A program made the translations under genes and the position numbers. Shown here in pieces: positions 19,668 through 29,381 of a stretch of DNA of 64,000 nucleotides (positions are counted from its first letter, which is position 1; each line of letters starts with the position of its first letter). The notes beneath the pieces were generated by a model. It did no database searches and was not told the origin of the DNA. It was given only the letters and a program-made list of their open reading frames with translations. Location: the IMG/VR virus record IMGVR_UViG_3300042691_029560, positions 28,714 to 92,713 of that record, one strand, 5' to 3'. Source of the DNA: a virus.

Positions 19668-20786
19668 TTAACCGTGTACGAAATAGCCTAATGCAAATGC
19701 AAGAGCTGTATTAAATCCAGACTTGCCCTTAGACTGCCCGTAGATCCAAGCATCCTTGATCTGGCTAACGGCTTCATAGCCTTTTCCAGAGAATTCAGCA
19801 ATATCTAGGACTGCATCATCATTACGCTTGTACTCGCCAGGCTTTCTAACAGTTACGGTTAGACCGTTTTTAACTGCAGCTGAAGCCACAAGTGGGTCAA
19901 TGCTTAGGGCCTTAGGGTGAGTATGAGGCAGCAAATCAGCGTCATCGGTTGAGAATGTTGTTAGCAACTTCTCACTACCAATCTGAGACAAGAAGTTCTG
20001 TACTCGGCTAATTGCAAAGCGGTGGCGGGTTGTGCCTTCGGACATTTCACCAGCGTACTTTCTAGCTCCACGGCGGTAAACGGTCTTGCACTTAGCAAAA
20101 GTAGTCTTTAGGCCATCCTGAGCAGAAGCGTTGTAGTTGTCAACAAGTGATCGCAGCTCTGCTTCAACGTTGGTTGGAAGCACTAGTTCGCGAGAACGTC
20201 CAGATGCAAAGAATGCAGTTCCGTCTTGGTCATAACCATCTAGGAATGCAAGCTCGTCGTCCCAGCCGTCCTGAGAAATTGGAACTATAGGAGACTCAAC
20301 GTCAACAATCATAATTGTGCTAGTCGATGGGACCTGCATTCCTAGAGTTGCAGCCAACTGCCACTGCCACTTCTGGTGCATGTCTATTCGCTCGGCAATA
20401 AAGTTTGCAACTCCCTGCTCATTGCAGCCATTTGCACAGTCAAAAGTCTGAACAAGGTGAGAGATAAGTTTACCGTTGACGTCAAGTAAAGACGAAACCA
20501 TACGAGTCGGGTCGCTAGAGATTATCTTCTCTGGAACACAGGTCGCAAGGTCGTTGAACTCTGACATCATAAATGGAGCGTCAAAGCCGAGCTTGCGGAT
20601 GTTCTCCGCCAGTGGGTCTAGCGATCCAGATACGTCTTCGTAAATGTCGCCAAAAAACTCGTGGAACTCTCTGAAGTCCATGCCTTTGACGTTCCAGTGA
20701 TAGCCGTGAGAAACGTGATACATAACAGCAGCGTTTGCAAGTGCTGTAGATAGCTTGTCTCTTAGATCGGTTTTTGAGTGAGTCAT
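19668..20786 (-). CDS. dps: Dps/ferritin-like domain fused to a phage head-associated domain
   Basis: HWNVKG..FHEFF..Y..DPLAENIRKLG..HQKWQWQL ferroxidase signature; C-terminal KTVYRRGA..FAISRVQNFL..DLLPHTHP module. Confidence 0.85.
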   Translation of the reverse strand: MTHSKTDLRDKLSTALANAAVMYHVSHGYHWNVKGMDFREFHEFFGDIYEDVSGSLDPLAENIRKLGFDAPFMMSEFNDLATCVPEKIISSDPTRMVSSLLDVNGKLISHLVQTFDCANGCNEQGVANFIAERIDMHQKWQWQLAATLGMQVPSTSTIMIVDVESPIVPISQDGWDDELAFLDGYDQDGTAFFASGRSRELVLPTNVEAELRSLVDNYNASAQDGLKTTFAKCKTVYRRGARKYAGEMSEGTTRHRFAISRVQNFLSQIGSEKLLTTFSTDDADLLPHTHPKALSIDPLVASAAVKNGLTVTVRKPGEYKRNDDAVLDIAEFSGKGYEAVSQIKDAWIYGQSKGKSGFNTALAFALGYFVHG

Positions 20787-20795
20787 CTTTTTACC

Positions 20796-22556
20796 TTACT
20801 GTGGTTCCGCTAGCGGAATTGGGGGAGCCTCCGGGTTTTCCTGGGCCGGAGCTTCTTGGGTTGGAGCTCCAGAAGGCGGAATTGCCTCTGGAGTTGGAGC
20901 TGCGGGAGCAGCGGGAGCAGGAGCAGGGGCACCTGGTTGTGCGCCTTGTAGCATCTGCTCTAAGCCTGGTGGAATTGGAGCAACAGAAGTTGCCTGTGAT
21001 GCAGCACGGGTAGCTTCCATAACTTCTGGAGCGACTGCGTTTAGCATAGCTTCGGTAAGTTCTGGCGTGATCATACCCTTGTCCATAATCATACGTAGAG
21101 CAACCTCTGTTGGACTTGGTGCATCCTGGTCTGAGAATCCGTGAGCACGTCTCCAAGTGTCGTAAGAAACTGCCATCTTCTCAAAGCCGGAGTCTGCATC
21201 CATTGCTCGGTCGTTACGAGTTGCAACTGCTGATGGGTCATACCAAGCAACAACTCTCTCGACTTCAGTGCGCGAGAAGCCATTGGCTAGAAGATATGGA
21301 CGTAAGTAAACAACAGTAATCGCGTCTGCAATTAAAAGCATAAGTGGCTCAATGTGAGCCTTGTAAAGTGACTCGTCGATCTGAACCGCGTTTGAATACT
21401 TTACGTTTGCAAGACCAGTAACAATATCCTTAGGAACGTCGAGACCTTGCAGAATACGCTCTAGTACACGGTCAGCACGTTGAACAAGAGTTGCATCGAA
21501 TGAACGCTCAAACTTGAACTGCTTAATCTTGTCACCAAGTTCCGCAGGACCACGAATGATCAGAGGAACAACTGCGGATGCAGAATCCTCGTCACGAATC
21601 GGAGTGGTCATCGCGTCGATTAGCTGGTCTTCAAATTCATCTGCCATCTCTTCTGGAGTTGGTTCAGCGGAAAGACCGTCTGCATCATCGTACGGATAAC
21701 TAGGGTCCGGAGTTGCGGCTACGGACAGGCCATCAGGCAGATAGAGCGCACCAGCGTTCAGACGGGAACGCGCCGTTGCACGGAACGTACGGTTTAGCAA
21801 CAGTAGTTCTGCGCAAAGATCTAGAAGGCCACGTAAGCTCGAATCAGCTTCTTCAGAAAAACGTGGGTGAGCTCGCCAAATACGTCCTACGAACGCATTT
21901 GGTGGAAGTTTGATTCCCATGCCTTTACCATTTGCTGTTCCTTGTAGCATTTCACGACGGGCAATAACAGAGTACTGTCCTTTGGTGTCAATCTGCAGTT
22001 CGTCAATTGATCGGATGTCCCAGCTTTCTGGAATTCCAGATCCTTGACGTTCAGGAATTTGTACTAGGTAGCATTCGCCGGTAACAGATAGGTTTAGGGC
22101 GGCGTCACGCAAAAGACCAGCCTGGCCTCCGTATGCGGAGTCTAGACGTTGAATTGCACGTTCGGCTGCAGAAGCTAGACGTGCTTCAATTGCATCTGCG
22201 TTACGAATTGGAACTGGTGCTTCTGCTGGATCAATAATGACCGCAGCGTAAAGACGAATACGAGAAACAACGGAAGCAACGAGTGAGAATGCGTATTTGA
22301 TTTCACCGATCGCGTCGTAGTATTCCCAAGCTTCAGACTGCCACGCAGAAGAAGATGCTAGACGTCGGTTTCTAAATTGCTCGGCTTCGGTTCTGTCGTT
22401 CAGTTTAATCTGAGCAGCGGCAGCAGTAAGTGGACGTGGTTGATTATAACTTACCGAGGTCGCCGGAATGTATCCGTACGGAATTGGTAGAGACGTAGGT
22501 GGAAGTGGCATCGAGGTATTGCGACTTCGAGCTGGTTCACGTCTGAAAACTGCCAT
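20796..22556 (-). CDS. Portal protein
   Basis: 586 aa; WQSEAWEYYDAIGEIKYA, LNLSVTGECYL, SRLNAGALYLP, RILQGLDVP motifs of actinophage portals; Pro/Ala-rich tail; lies downstream of TerL. Confidence 0.85.
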   Translation of the reverse strand: MAVFRREPARSRNTSMPLPPTSLPIPYGYIPATSVSYNQPRPLTAAAAQIKLNDRTEAEQFRNRRLASSSAWQSEAWEYYDAIGEIKYAFSLVASVVSRIRLYAAVIIDPAEAPVPIRNADAIEARLASAAERAIQRLDSAYGGQAGLLRDAALNLSVTGECYLVQIPERQGSGIPESWDIRSIDELQIDTKGQYSVIARREMLQGTANGKGMGIKLPPNAFVGRIWRAHPRFSEEADSSLRGLLDLCAELLLLNRTFRATARSRLNAGALYLPDGLSVAATPDPSYPYDDADGLSAEPTPEEMADEFEDQLIDAMTTPIRDEDSASAVVPLIIRGPAELGDKIKQFKFERSFDATLVQRADRVLERILQGLDVPKDIVTGLANVKYSNAVQIDESLYKAHIEPLMLLIADAITVVYLRPYLLANGFSRTEVERVVAWYDPSAVATRNDRAMDADSGFEKMAVSYDTWRRAHGFSDQDAPSPTEVALRMIMDKGMITPELTEAMLNAVAPEVMEATRAASQATSVAPIPPGLEQMLQGAQPGAPAPAPAAPAAPTPEAIPPSGAPTQEAPAQENPEAPPIPLAEPQ

Positions 22557-22579
22557 TGGAGGCTCCTGTAGTTATCTAG

Positions 22580-22873
22580 TTAGTTGTCGAGCTTGTTAGT
22601 TACTAGACCTGCAATTGCAGAAAGGGCTAGCGGCAGCAAGCAAACAAACGTTACTGATGGATATATTGTATATGAAATAGTGACTAGTGATCCGAACCAA
22701 ATGCTCATACACCAGTTGCATGTGAATAAATAGCCGAATGTGGTTGATGGTGGAAAGCGTTTCCACACACGTTGACGTAGGGCATCAAAAATAACGTCGG
22801 TTGTAAATAGACGTGCAAGTCTAAACGTTCCGAGAGATAGAACTAAGAGTTGAATTAGGGTTAGATCGTTCAT
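22580..22873 (-). CDS. DUF1360-like membrane protein
   Basis: FRLARLFTTDVIF..GYLFTCNWCMSIW; likely start ATG 22873 overlapping the upstream stop. Confidence 0.7.
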   Translation of the reverse strand: MNDLTLIQLLVLSLGTFRLARLFTTDVIFDALRQRVWKRFPPSTTFGYLFTCNWCMSIWFGSLVTISYTIYPSVTFVCLLPLALSAIAGLVTNKLDN

Positions 22874-23238
22874 TGAGTAGGGTCCAGTATCGAGCTTAGA
22901 GTGCGGTATGGATTCCACGCACGAAGACGTGAGCCACAGCCGCAAGAGTTATCTTTTTGGAATGCAAGCATCTTACCAGACGTCGTTAAAACGCGATATA
23001 CGCCTGATTGAGAGTCTGCAGGAAAGTATGAAAGATACGTCTCGTGGAAGACGATCTGAGGGCCCTCTGGGGCATCTGAGGCCACTGTGACGTGTGTGTC
23101 AGAGACTATTACACGGGTCGTAGAGACGTAGAAGGTTCCAAGGATGTGAGAGATTGGATTTAGCTCAAAGACGTCCCTAAGGGCACCTGCAGGGGCCGCA
23201 GAAAAGTGTGCAGGAAAGACATCGGCTAGTATTCTCAT
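22870..23238 (-). CDS. Hypothetical protein with CGCGS motif
   Basis: Translationally coupled to both neighbours. Confidence 0.6.
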   Translation of the reverse strand: MRILADVFPAHFSAAPAGALRDVFELNPISHILGTFYVSTTRVIVSDTHVTVASDAPEGPQIVFHETYLSYFPADSQSGVYRVLTTSGKMLAFQKDNSCGCGSRLRAWNPYRTLSSILDPTQ

Positions 23239-23735
23239 TAGCTACCTAGTCTACGGGATATGGCTCGATGTGTGACTCCAGCTGCCCTGGCTATGTCAGC
23301 AATCGAGACGTTGTTGGCTCGAAGATCTTTAGCCATTTGAGTGAAAAGGGAATTGGCTACAGACTCAGGAGAAGATGACGCCATACCGGAACGGAAACGT
23401 CGGGCCAGGGGTGCTAGACGTCGGAGTTCTTCAGCGGTGATCGGAGGAACACCGGGGGATTTAGGAGTCTTTCTTTGATAGCCGTTGGCCGACGTTTTTA
23501 ATGTTGGATCGGGAATAGGGACGTCGACGGTAACGTTTGGAGAAGGTCTATCCACCCAAGCTTTGACAGACGAACGTCCTTTCGGTGGATAGAGAGCGGA
23601 CCCGATTGCGGAAAGGGTCCAACCCCCACGAAAGAGTTGCTGAACTCGGAGGACTTTGTGATCGTAGTCGAGAGAGTTTAGAAAAAGGGTTTCCGTTTGT
23701 GGAAGCTTTTGATTACGAGCTGGACGTCTGGACAT
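23238..23735 (-). CDS. Double-HTH DNA-binding protein (paralog of 27179-27742)
   Basis: GWTLSAIG and VSIADIARAAGVTHRAISRRL; shared LxPLA..R core with 27179-27742. Confidence 0.65.
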   Translation of the reverse strand: MSRRPARNQKLPQTETLFLNSLDYDHKVLRVQQLFRGGWTLSAIGSALYPPKGRSSVKAWVDRPSPNVTVDVPIPDPTLKTSANGYQRKTPKSPGVPPITAEELRRLAPLARRFRSGMASSSPESVANSLFTQMAKDLRANNVSIADIARAAGVTHRAISRRLGS

Positions 23736-23889
23736 GTGTACAGTTTATCAGAAGATGAGACATTGATTGCGGCTGTACTGTGCGTAAAAATGATACATTA
23801 ACGTTTTTTGACTTTGGGCTGCGAGACGGCAACGCATGTTTTTCGCGTGCCGTCAAAACGTTTCCTGAATAATTCCTGAAAATCACAAG

Positions 23890-23908
23890 TTAGGTTAGGC
23901 TAACCTAA
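23890..23908. promoter_or_regulatory. DtxR/IdeR iron box (perfect 19-mer)
   Basis: TTAGGTTAGGCTAACCTAA matches the DtxR/IdeR consensus exactly. Confidence 0.85.
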
Positions 23909-23974
23909 GTTGTCTTGCGTGTAATGTGTGGGGGGTGGACGCAACTTCTAACGAACCAGACCAGACTTTATAAG

Positions 23975-23993
23975 TTAGGTTAGCCTAACCTAA
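23975..23993. promoter_or_regulatory. Second DtxR/IdeR iron box (perfect 19-mer)
   Basis: TTAGGTTAGCCTAACCTAA, the reverse complement of the first box. Confidence 0.85.
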
Positions 23994-24083
23994 CCAACTA
24001 CAAACCTGACCAAGCCAAGCAAGTCATTTGGATACAAACAAAGCAACCCAAGCAAGTAGCATAACTTCCAACAGACTTCTAAC

Positions 24084-24392
24084 GAGCTGAGCTACGAGCT
24101 GAGCTACAAGCTAGCTATGAGCTGAGCTAGCTCAAAGCTACGAGCTGAGCTACGAGCTGAGCTACAAACTTCTAACGAGCTGAGCTGAGCTATGGGCTAG
24201 CTACTAGCTACGAGCTGAGCTTAGCTGAGCTATGAGCTACTAGCTATGAGCTGAGCTACGAGCTACAAGCTACGAGCTATGAGCTACTAGCTATGAGCTG
24301 AGCTACGAGCCGAGCTGAGCTACGAGCTGAGCTGAGCTATGAGCTAGCTACTAGCTATGAGCTGAGCTGAGCTGAGCTACGAGCTAAGCTAG
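24084..24392. repeat. Irregular tandem array of GAGCT / GAGCTAC / TAGCTAT units
   Basis: Dozens of AGCT-centred units, non-coding. Confidence 0.95.
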
Positions 24393-24631
24393 CAAACTAT
24401 CACCGCATCAACTTACAAAGTTCTATGGTGAAGCAGTAGTGATTAGTAATGACTAACAAACTTATTCCTGTCCGTCTAAACAACACATACGGATCCAAAT
24501 GATAATAAAGCAATGATCAAATAAGCAAAGGCAAATAAATAATTGATCAACAATGATCACAAAGAGAGATCGTGATCAGCGATCATAAATAATGATCAAA
24601 CCAATACAAATAACGATCCGTATGTCCGTGT

Positions 24632-24793
24632 ATGAGCTGAGCTATGAGCTGAGCTATCCAGCTATCCGTATGAGCTGAGCTATCAACTTATAATGAGCTG
24701 AGCTATCCGTATGAGCTGAGCTATCAACTTATAATGAGCTGAGCTATCCGTATGAGCTGAGCTATGAGCTACAAGCTGAGCTGAGCTATCCGT
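24632..24793. repeat. Second AGCT array including a duplicated ~41-bp unit
   Basis: TATCCGTATGAGCTGAGCTATCAACTTATAATGAGCTGAGC repeated. Confidence 0.9.
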
Positions 24794-24794
24794 A

Positions 24795-24839
24795 TAAATA
24801 AATAATCCCCTATCAAGTTGATAAGGGATTATTTATTTA
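24795..24839. terminator. Bidirectional-type hairpin terminator
   Basis: TAAATAAATAATCCC...GGGATTATTTATTTA inverted repeat just downstream of 24848-25186. Confidence 0.7.
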
Positions 24840-24847
24840 GATACAAA

Positions 24848-25186
24848 CTAACCGAATACTACATCGCCAAACAAAGCAACTTGGATAATACAATCGGCGT
24901 CTTCGGCGTCATAATCAACATCGCTAGGGTCGCTAATAATCTGTTGGCATACTGCCTTAGTGTTGCTGTTGATAGATACTTCACCCGTAGCAAGTTTTTT
25001 GGCTGCGTCAAATAAGTCTTGATAGGTAATAGTTTTTGACGCCCAGCTCTCAACATACTCCGGCAATAGATACACCTTATAAGTTTGGCTGTCCGGATTA
25101 TGCTGACCCTTGCTGACCCAATAGCCAATCCAATAGCCACCATCGTCAATAATGTTCTCAATCAGTTCTGCTGTTTCTTGATTCAC
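24848..25186 (-). CDS. Conserved phage hypothetical protein
   Basis: GAAAGGAAA RBS; C-terminal DYDAEDADCIIQVALFGDVVFG. Confidence 0.7.
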   Translation of the reverse strand: MNQETAELIENIIDDGGYWIGYWVSKGQHNPDSQTYKVYLLPEYVESWASKTITYQDLFDAAKKLATGEVSINSNTKAVCQQIISDPSDVDYDAEDADCIIQVALFGDVVFG

Positions 25187-25755
25187 TAGATTTCCTTTCA
25201 GTAGTGATTACTAGATAACTATACTACGCTTCGCACTGCCAGCAAGCACAATCGTTATCCCCATAGAGATAAACCCCGTGTTCGCAATAATCAGTATTAC
25301 GCTTCTGCTCTAACGCTTCGCCCATTTGATCAATACTAATGAGCAACCTTTCACTAGCGTTGCCTAGTGATAGTTTGCGATACGCTTCTTCCAAAGCATA
25401 ACGCAAGGTTTCAGTGGAATAGTTTTTGTAAGGGTTTTCGGTGTTAGCCATTTTGCTCACCACACTTTCGGCAGTTAGTTTCTAGCGAATGGAAATAGTT
25501 TCCACATTGTTTTATTAGACCGAGCTTGGCTAATGTTCTAACTGCTCCTGCTAAACTAGCGACATTTTTACTAGCAACATCGTAAGGTCTAGCGTTAGCG
25601 ATTTGCTCGGGTGTTCCAGCGTAGTTCCAACTAACAACATAGGTAAGCATTTTTCGTTGTTGCTGATTTAGTTTTAGCACTTAGGTTCCCTTTCCGTAGT
25701 GGTAAGTCAATGCTACTACATACAACCGACAAAGCAAGGGATTTATTCCCAGAGA

Positions 25756-27168
25756 TTATCTAACTTTAAAGATACCTTTTCTGGATCCACCAGCTTCGCT
25801 TCCACGGGGATTAGGTATCTTTCTACCAGCAACCGATCGGGCTGTAATCTTTCCACCTGTAAATCCCGACGGGGGTTTGATAAGCAAGGCAGTTAGGGCG
25901 TGAACCAGGGCGTCTACCCTGTCCGGTGATTTGCCTTCGCCAGGTATCCAAGAATACATCTGGCTTTCCAATGATCCGAGATAACCTATGTGGTGAACCC
26001 TACCCTGCTCATAAGCCAATGTGACGGGTTCTGCTCTCAAGGCCTTTCCGTATTTGGAATGGACTTCTAATACTTTTATGTTTGGATCTATTGTGTGGAT
26101 CGCATTCTTCACCAATGCTCCACCTTGGTTCACTTCGGCTACAACAGGGCAACCCCACTTGCGAGCCATCTCTACAACCTTGTTAGCCCAAACATCGGGA
26201 CTTCCGTGAACACTTGCGTCTTCCAATACCCAAGCTTGACGCTTGTATAAATCTCTCTCAGCAGTAGACGAAACTACGACAATCCCACATTCATCTCTCG
26301 GGTTCTCAGCAACGCTAGGGTCAACACCAATGATCCGTAATGGAACGCCAAGTGGCATAGCACCTTGACGATACTGCTCAATCAGTTCTTCTGTCCACAA
26401 AGCACCCTCAACGCTATCTAACATCTCACCATAGATTTCTTGCTGAGCCAAGCGAGTTCCCTCATAAACACCCGTGATAGCGTCAAGATAAGCACTAGAT
26501 AAGTTCCCTGAGTTGTCCAATGTAGACCCACGAGTAATAACTACACGACCCGTCTTCGCTTCTTCTATCAACTTGTAAAGCAATGGAACACGCTTCGGTG
26601 TTGTAGTGACCATAATCTTAGGATTAGATCCAAGACGAGTTCCAACACGCAAGTTATCAAAGGCAGTCATACCAGCTGCGTCTGGTGTCTGTCGCCAAGC
26701 AGCGATCTCATCTCCCCAAGCGTGAGTAAATTGTGGACCACGAAGCGAGTCTGGTTCATCTGCCGTGAAGCAAGTAGCAACATTTCCGTTAGGCCAAGTT
26801 AGTCTTCGCTTGGATGGTTCATACAAAGGTCTTTCACTAGGGGGAGTCACATTCATAATCCCCGACTCACCTTCTACGATTACATCTCTAACATCGGCAG
26901 CCGTTCTTGCGACTAATGCAAAGCGACGCTGTCCCGTAGTTGTATGCTTCGCTTCTTCACGAACCCATTCAGCAGCAGTTCTAGTCTTACCAGCACCACG
27001 ACCAGCAATGTAAGCCCAAATGTTCCAATCACCAGCCGGGGTTTGCTGTTCAGGGCGACCCCAAGCAGACCAATCCCACATAAGCGTTTCCGGATCCATA
27101 CCAGCCAATACTCTTGCTTGTTCTTCCGGAGATAGCAAAGCTATCTGTTCCATTAGGGACTTAGCCAT
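25756..27168 (-). CDS. terL: Terminase large subunit
   Basis: Walker A AGRGAGKT, LRGPQFTHAWGDE Walker B, TTTP coupling motif, IGVDPS and SPDRVDA nuclease motifs. Confidence 0.95.
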   Translation of the reverse strand: MAKSLMEQIALLSPEEQARVLAGMDPETLMWDWSAWGRPEQQTPAGDWNIWAYIAGRGAGKTRTAAEWVREEAKHTTTGQRRFALVARTAADVRDVIVEGESGIMNVTPPSERPLYEPSKRRLTWPNGNVATCFTADEPDSLRGPQFTHAWGDEIAAWRQTPDAAGMTAFDNLRVGTRLGSNPKIMVTTTPKRVPLLYKLIEEAKTGRVVITRGSTLDNSGNLSSAYLDAITGVYEGTRLAQQEIYGEMLDSVEGALWTEELIEQYRQGAMPLGVPLRIIGVDPSVAENPRDECGIVVVSSTAERDLYKRQAWVLEDASVHGSPDVWANKVVEMARKWGCPVVAEVNQGGALVKNAIHTIDPNIKVLEVHSKYGKALRAEPVTLAYEQGRVHHIGYLGSLESQMYSWIPGEGKSPDRVDALVHALTALLIKPPSGFTGGKITARSVAGRKIPNPRGSEAGGSRKGIFKVR

Positions 27169-27178
27169 AAACTCCTAC

Positions 27179-27742
27179 TTACTCTTGGTCAATAATAACC
27201 CTGTTCTTATCTAGGATAGCAGAATACACTTGGCTCTTACCTGTCGTTTCTGTCTTATACCCGTATCTAGCAAGACGGAAACGAATAGCCCCGTGAGTAA
27301 TCCCTAGCAACTTGGCTAAGCGATACACCGAAACTCCTTCTACTTCTACTGCCTTGTTTAGCAGATACGAGTATTCTTCGGCTTCCCTGCGATACTTCTT
27401 GCTATGAGAACGAACCTGTTGGGCTAGTGGTTGTAGTTCCACTAGGCGACTAAGCGTTTCATTACTAGGCAAGATAATAACTCTTGTAGATTTCACTACT
27501 TCGGGGGCGATAGGTGGTGTTGGTAGTGGAAACTCAACTGCCTTATCGGTATCAACGCTAGATTTGGCGATTTGCCTTGCTCTCTCTCTTGTAATCTCAA
27601 ACGCAACGCCAATGCTCTCAAATGTCCAACCTAGACCCCTTAGAGCCTTTACATAGGCATCTCTAAGTTCTCTATCGGTGATACTTCTAGCAGTAGCGAC
27701 TACTTCTTCGGGGATTTGGTGATTTTGCTTCACATAAGACAT
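27179..27742 (-). CDS. Double-HTH DNA-binding protein
   Basis: GWTFESIGVAFEITRERARQI (sigma region 4-like) and VSVYRLAKLLGITHGAIRFRL. Confidence 0.7.
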   Translation of the reverse strand: MSYVKQNHQIPEEVVATARSITDRELRDAYVKALRGLGWTFESIGVAFEITRERARQIAKSSVDTDKAVEFPLPTPPIAPEVVKSTRVIILPSNETLSRLVELQPLAQQVRSHSKKYRREAEEYSYLLNKAVEVEGVSVYRLAKLLGITHGAIRFRLARYGYKTETTGKSQVYSAILDKNRVIIDQE

Positions 27743-27850
27743 AACTTTCTCCTTTTGTCGTGTGTATTTGTCTTTCTACAACATTACAAGATAATAACGA
27801 GAAATGCCAACTCGCAAATGCGAATTGGCATTCCTTAGTAGCGAACAGAT

Positions 27851-28387
27851 CTATAAGACTACTCTTACATTAGGATCATTAGCAAAGATCAGCTCAAATG
27901 TCTCGGCGTTGATCACGCCATCTCCCACTAGGCCACGATCAGCCTGGAACTGAGCGATCGCTGATTTAGTTACATCTCCGTAATACCCGTCTTTATCTTT
28001 CAGGGCTACAACATAACCAAGTTCATACAATCTTCGTTGTAAGTGGTGGATCGTTAGCGACTTGCGATTGTAGATGTTCTTGTAGATACACTTGTCCAAG
28101 AACACTTCATCAACTACGCCTAGTCCAACCACAGCTGGCCCTGCCGGGACAACTTCTTCTTGCTTGATAGGTGGAGCCGGAGTTGGAACCATACCACCAT
28201 CCGTGATCTCAATAACCGGAGCGATCTTTACCGGAATAGGATCTGGATCTACAACCGGCTCTTCTACCGGATCTACGACAGGTTCTTCTACCGGATCTTG
28301 ATCAACAACCGGCTCTTGATCTACAACAAGATCATTAGTTAGATCCGGATCTTTATTTTCTTTATTATTTGCCACTGATTTCTCCAA
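27851..28387 (-). CDS. Peptidoglycan-binding domain protein with acidic/Pro-rich N-terminal repeats
   Basis: LQRRLYELGY..DGYYGDVTKSAIAQFQADRGLVGDGVIN; PVVD/PVEE repeats. Confidence 0.8.
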   Translation of the reverse strand: MEKSVANNKENKDPDLTNDLVVDQEPVVDQDPVEEPVVDPVEEPVVDPDPIPVKIAPVIEITDGGMVPTPAPPIKQEEVVPAGPAVVGLGVVDEVFLDKCIYKNIYNRKSLTIHHLQRRLYELGYVVALKDKDGYYGDVTKSAIAQFQADRGLVGDGVINAETFELIFANDPNVRVVL

Positions 28388-28399
28388 TCTAATAAATGA

Positions 28400-28561
28400 T
28401 TACGCTCGCTGGGCAAGCAGAGCAAGTGAAATGCTTCCAAGACCTAAGACAACTGCGACAGCTGGATTAAAGAACGCAACGATCACAGCCAATCCTAGAA
28501 ATACAACAGAAAAAATGGCCGGCCACACCAAATCACGCAACCGGATAAGCCAACTAGACAT
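28400..28561 (-). CDS. Small two-TM membrane protein
   Basis: MSSWLIRLRDLVWPAIFSVVFLGLAVIVAFFNPAVAVVLGLGSISLALLAQRA; below the track cutoff. Confidence 0.55.
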   Translation of the reverse strand: MSSWLIRLRDLVWPAIFSVVFLGLAVIVAFFNPAVAVVLGLGSISLALLAQRA

Positions 28562-28935
28562 ACTAATCTTCTTTCTTCGGGGAAACTACCCCAAGTAGAG
28601 TTTGTGGCTCCGGATCATTCTTCCGGGCCATACGATCAGCATACAGGAATAAGATCCCATAAGAGATCCCATTGATCAATAAGATCGATCCAATGATCGC
28701 AAGTAAAAACCATAAAAGTTCCATTAGTCCACCAAATCTTCATCAAAAGTAGAATACCAATCATCTTTCTCAGATCCGTATAGGTATAAAACCTTAGCAA
28801 TCGGCAGCAGCACAGCTACGGCCAGGATCAAAAAGATAAACACCCCTAGGGTGAATAAAAGGATTGTAAGGATCATAAAGAAATGATACCTTAGAAAAAA
28901 CCCCCCTAGTTTATGACTAAGGGGGTTATCTACTA

Positions 28936-29381
28936 CTAATCTCTATGCCTACGCCTAATAAATCTAGGCAATTCACTAATAGCAAGAACCAAAGCACCAA
29001 AGATTAGCAATAGACCGAGAGATAGTCCAACAAACATAGAGTTTGTATGACCGAGATGCTCACCAAAGTAAAATCCCATAATCACCGAACTACAACCGAG
29101 AGCCATTAGTAAAAACTTCATTAGTCATTTCTCCTTAGAGCATCAAACGCAAACAACAAAGTAAATCCTACACCGAGAACCATACCGAACCCAAAGTAAT
29201 CGGCAAAGGTGTTTCCATTAGAACCAGCACCATAAGCGATTAGCATTACGCAACCAACCGAATAGACAAGTCCAACAAACGGAACAATAACAATACCAGC
29301 AAGTAATCTACGAACAAAGAACTTCATTTGTAATCTCCTTTCCTGAGATACTAAAAGTCTATACCACAATAAAGCAAACAC
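28936..29381 (-). CDS. Two small membrane proteins (28936-29121, 29121-~29327)
   Basis: Hydrophobic two-helix ORFs with coupled stop/start and AGGAG RBS. Confidence 0.6.

Noticed and set aside
4657-21913. Short ORFs inside the giant, Dps and portal genes
   Set aside because: No RBS or recognisable motifs; typical shadow frames.
24084-24793. CRISPR array
   Set aside because: Units are 5-7 bp with no unique spacers, and no cas genes are present.
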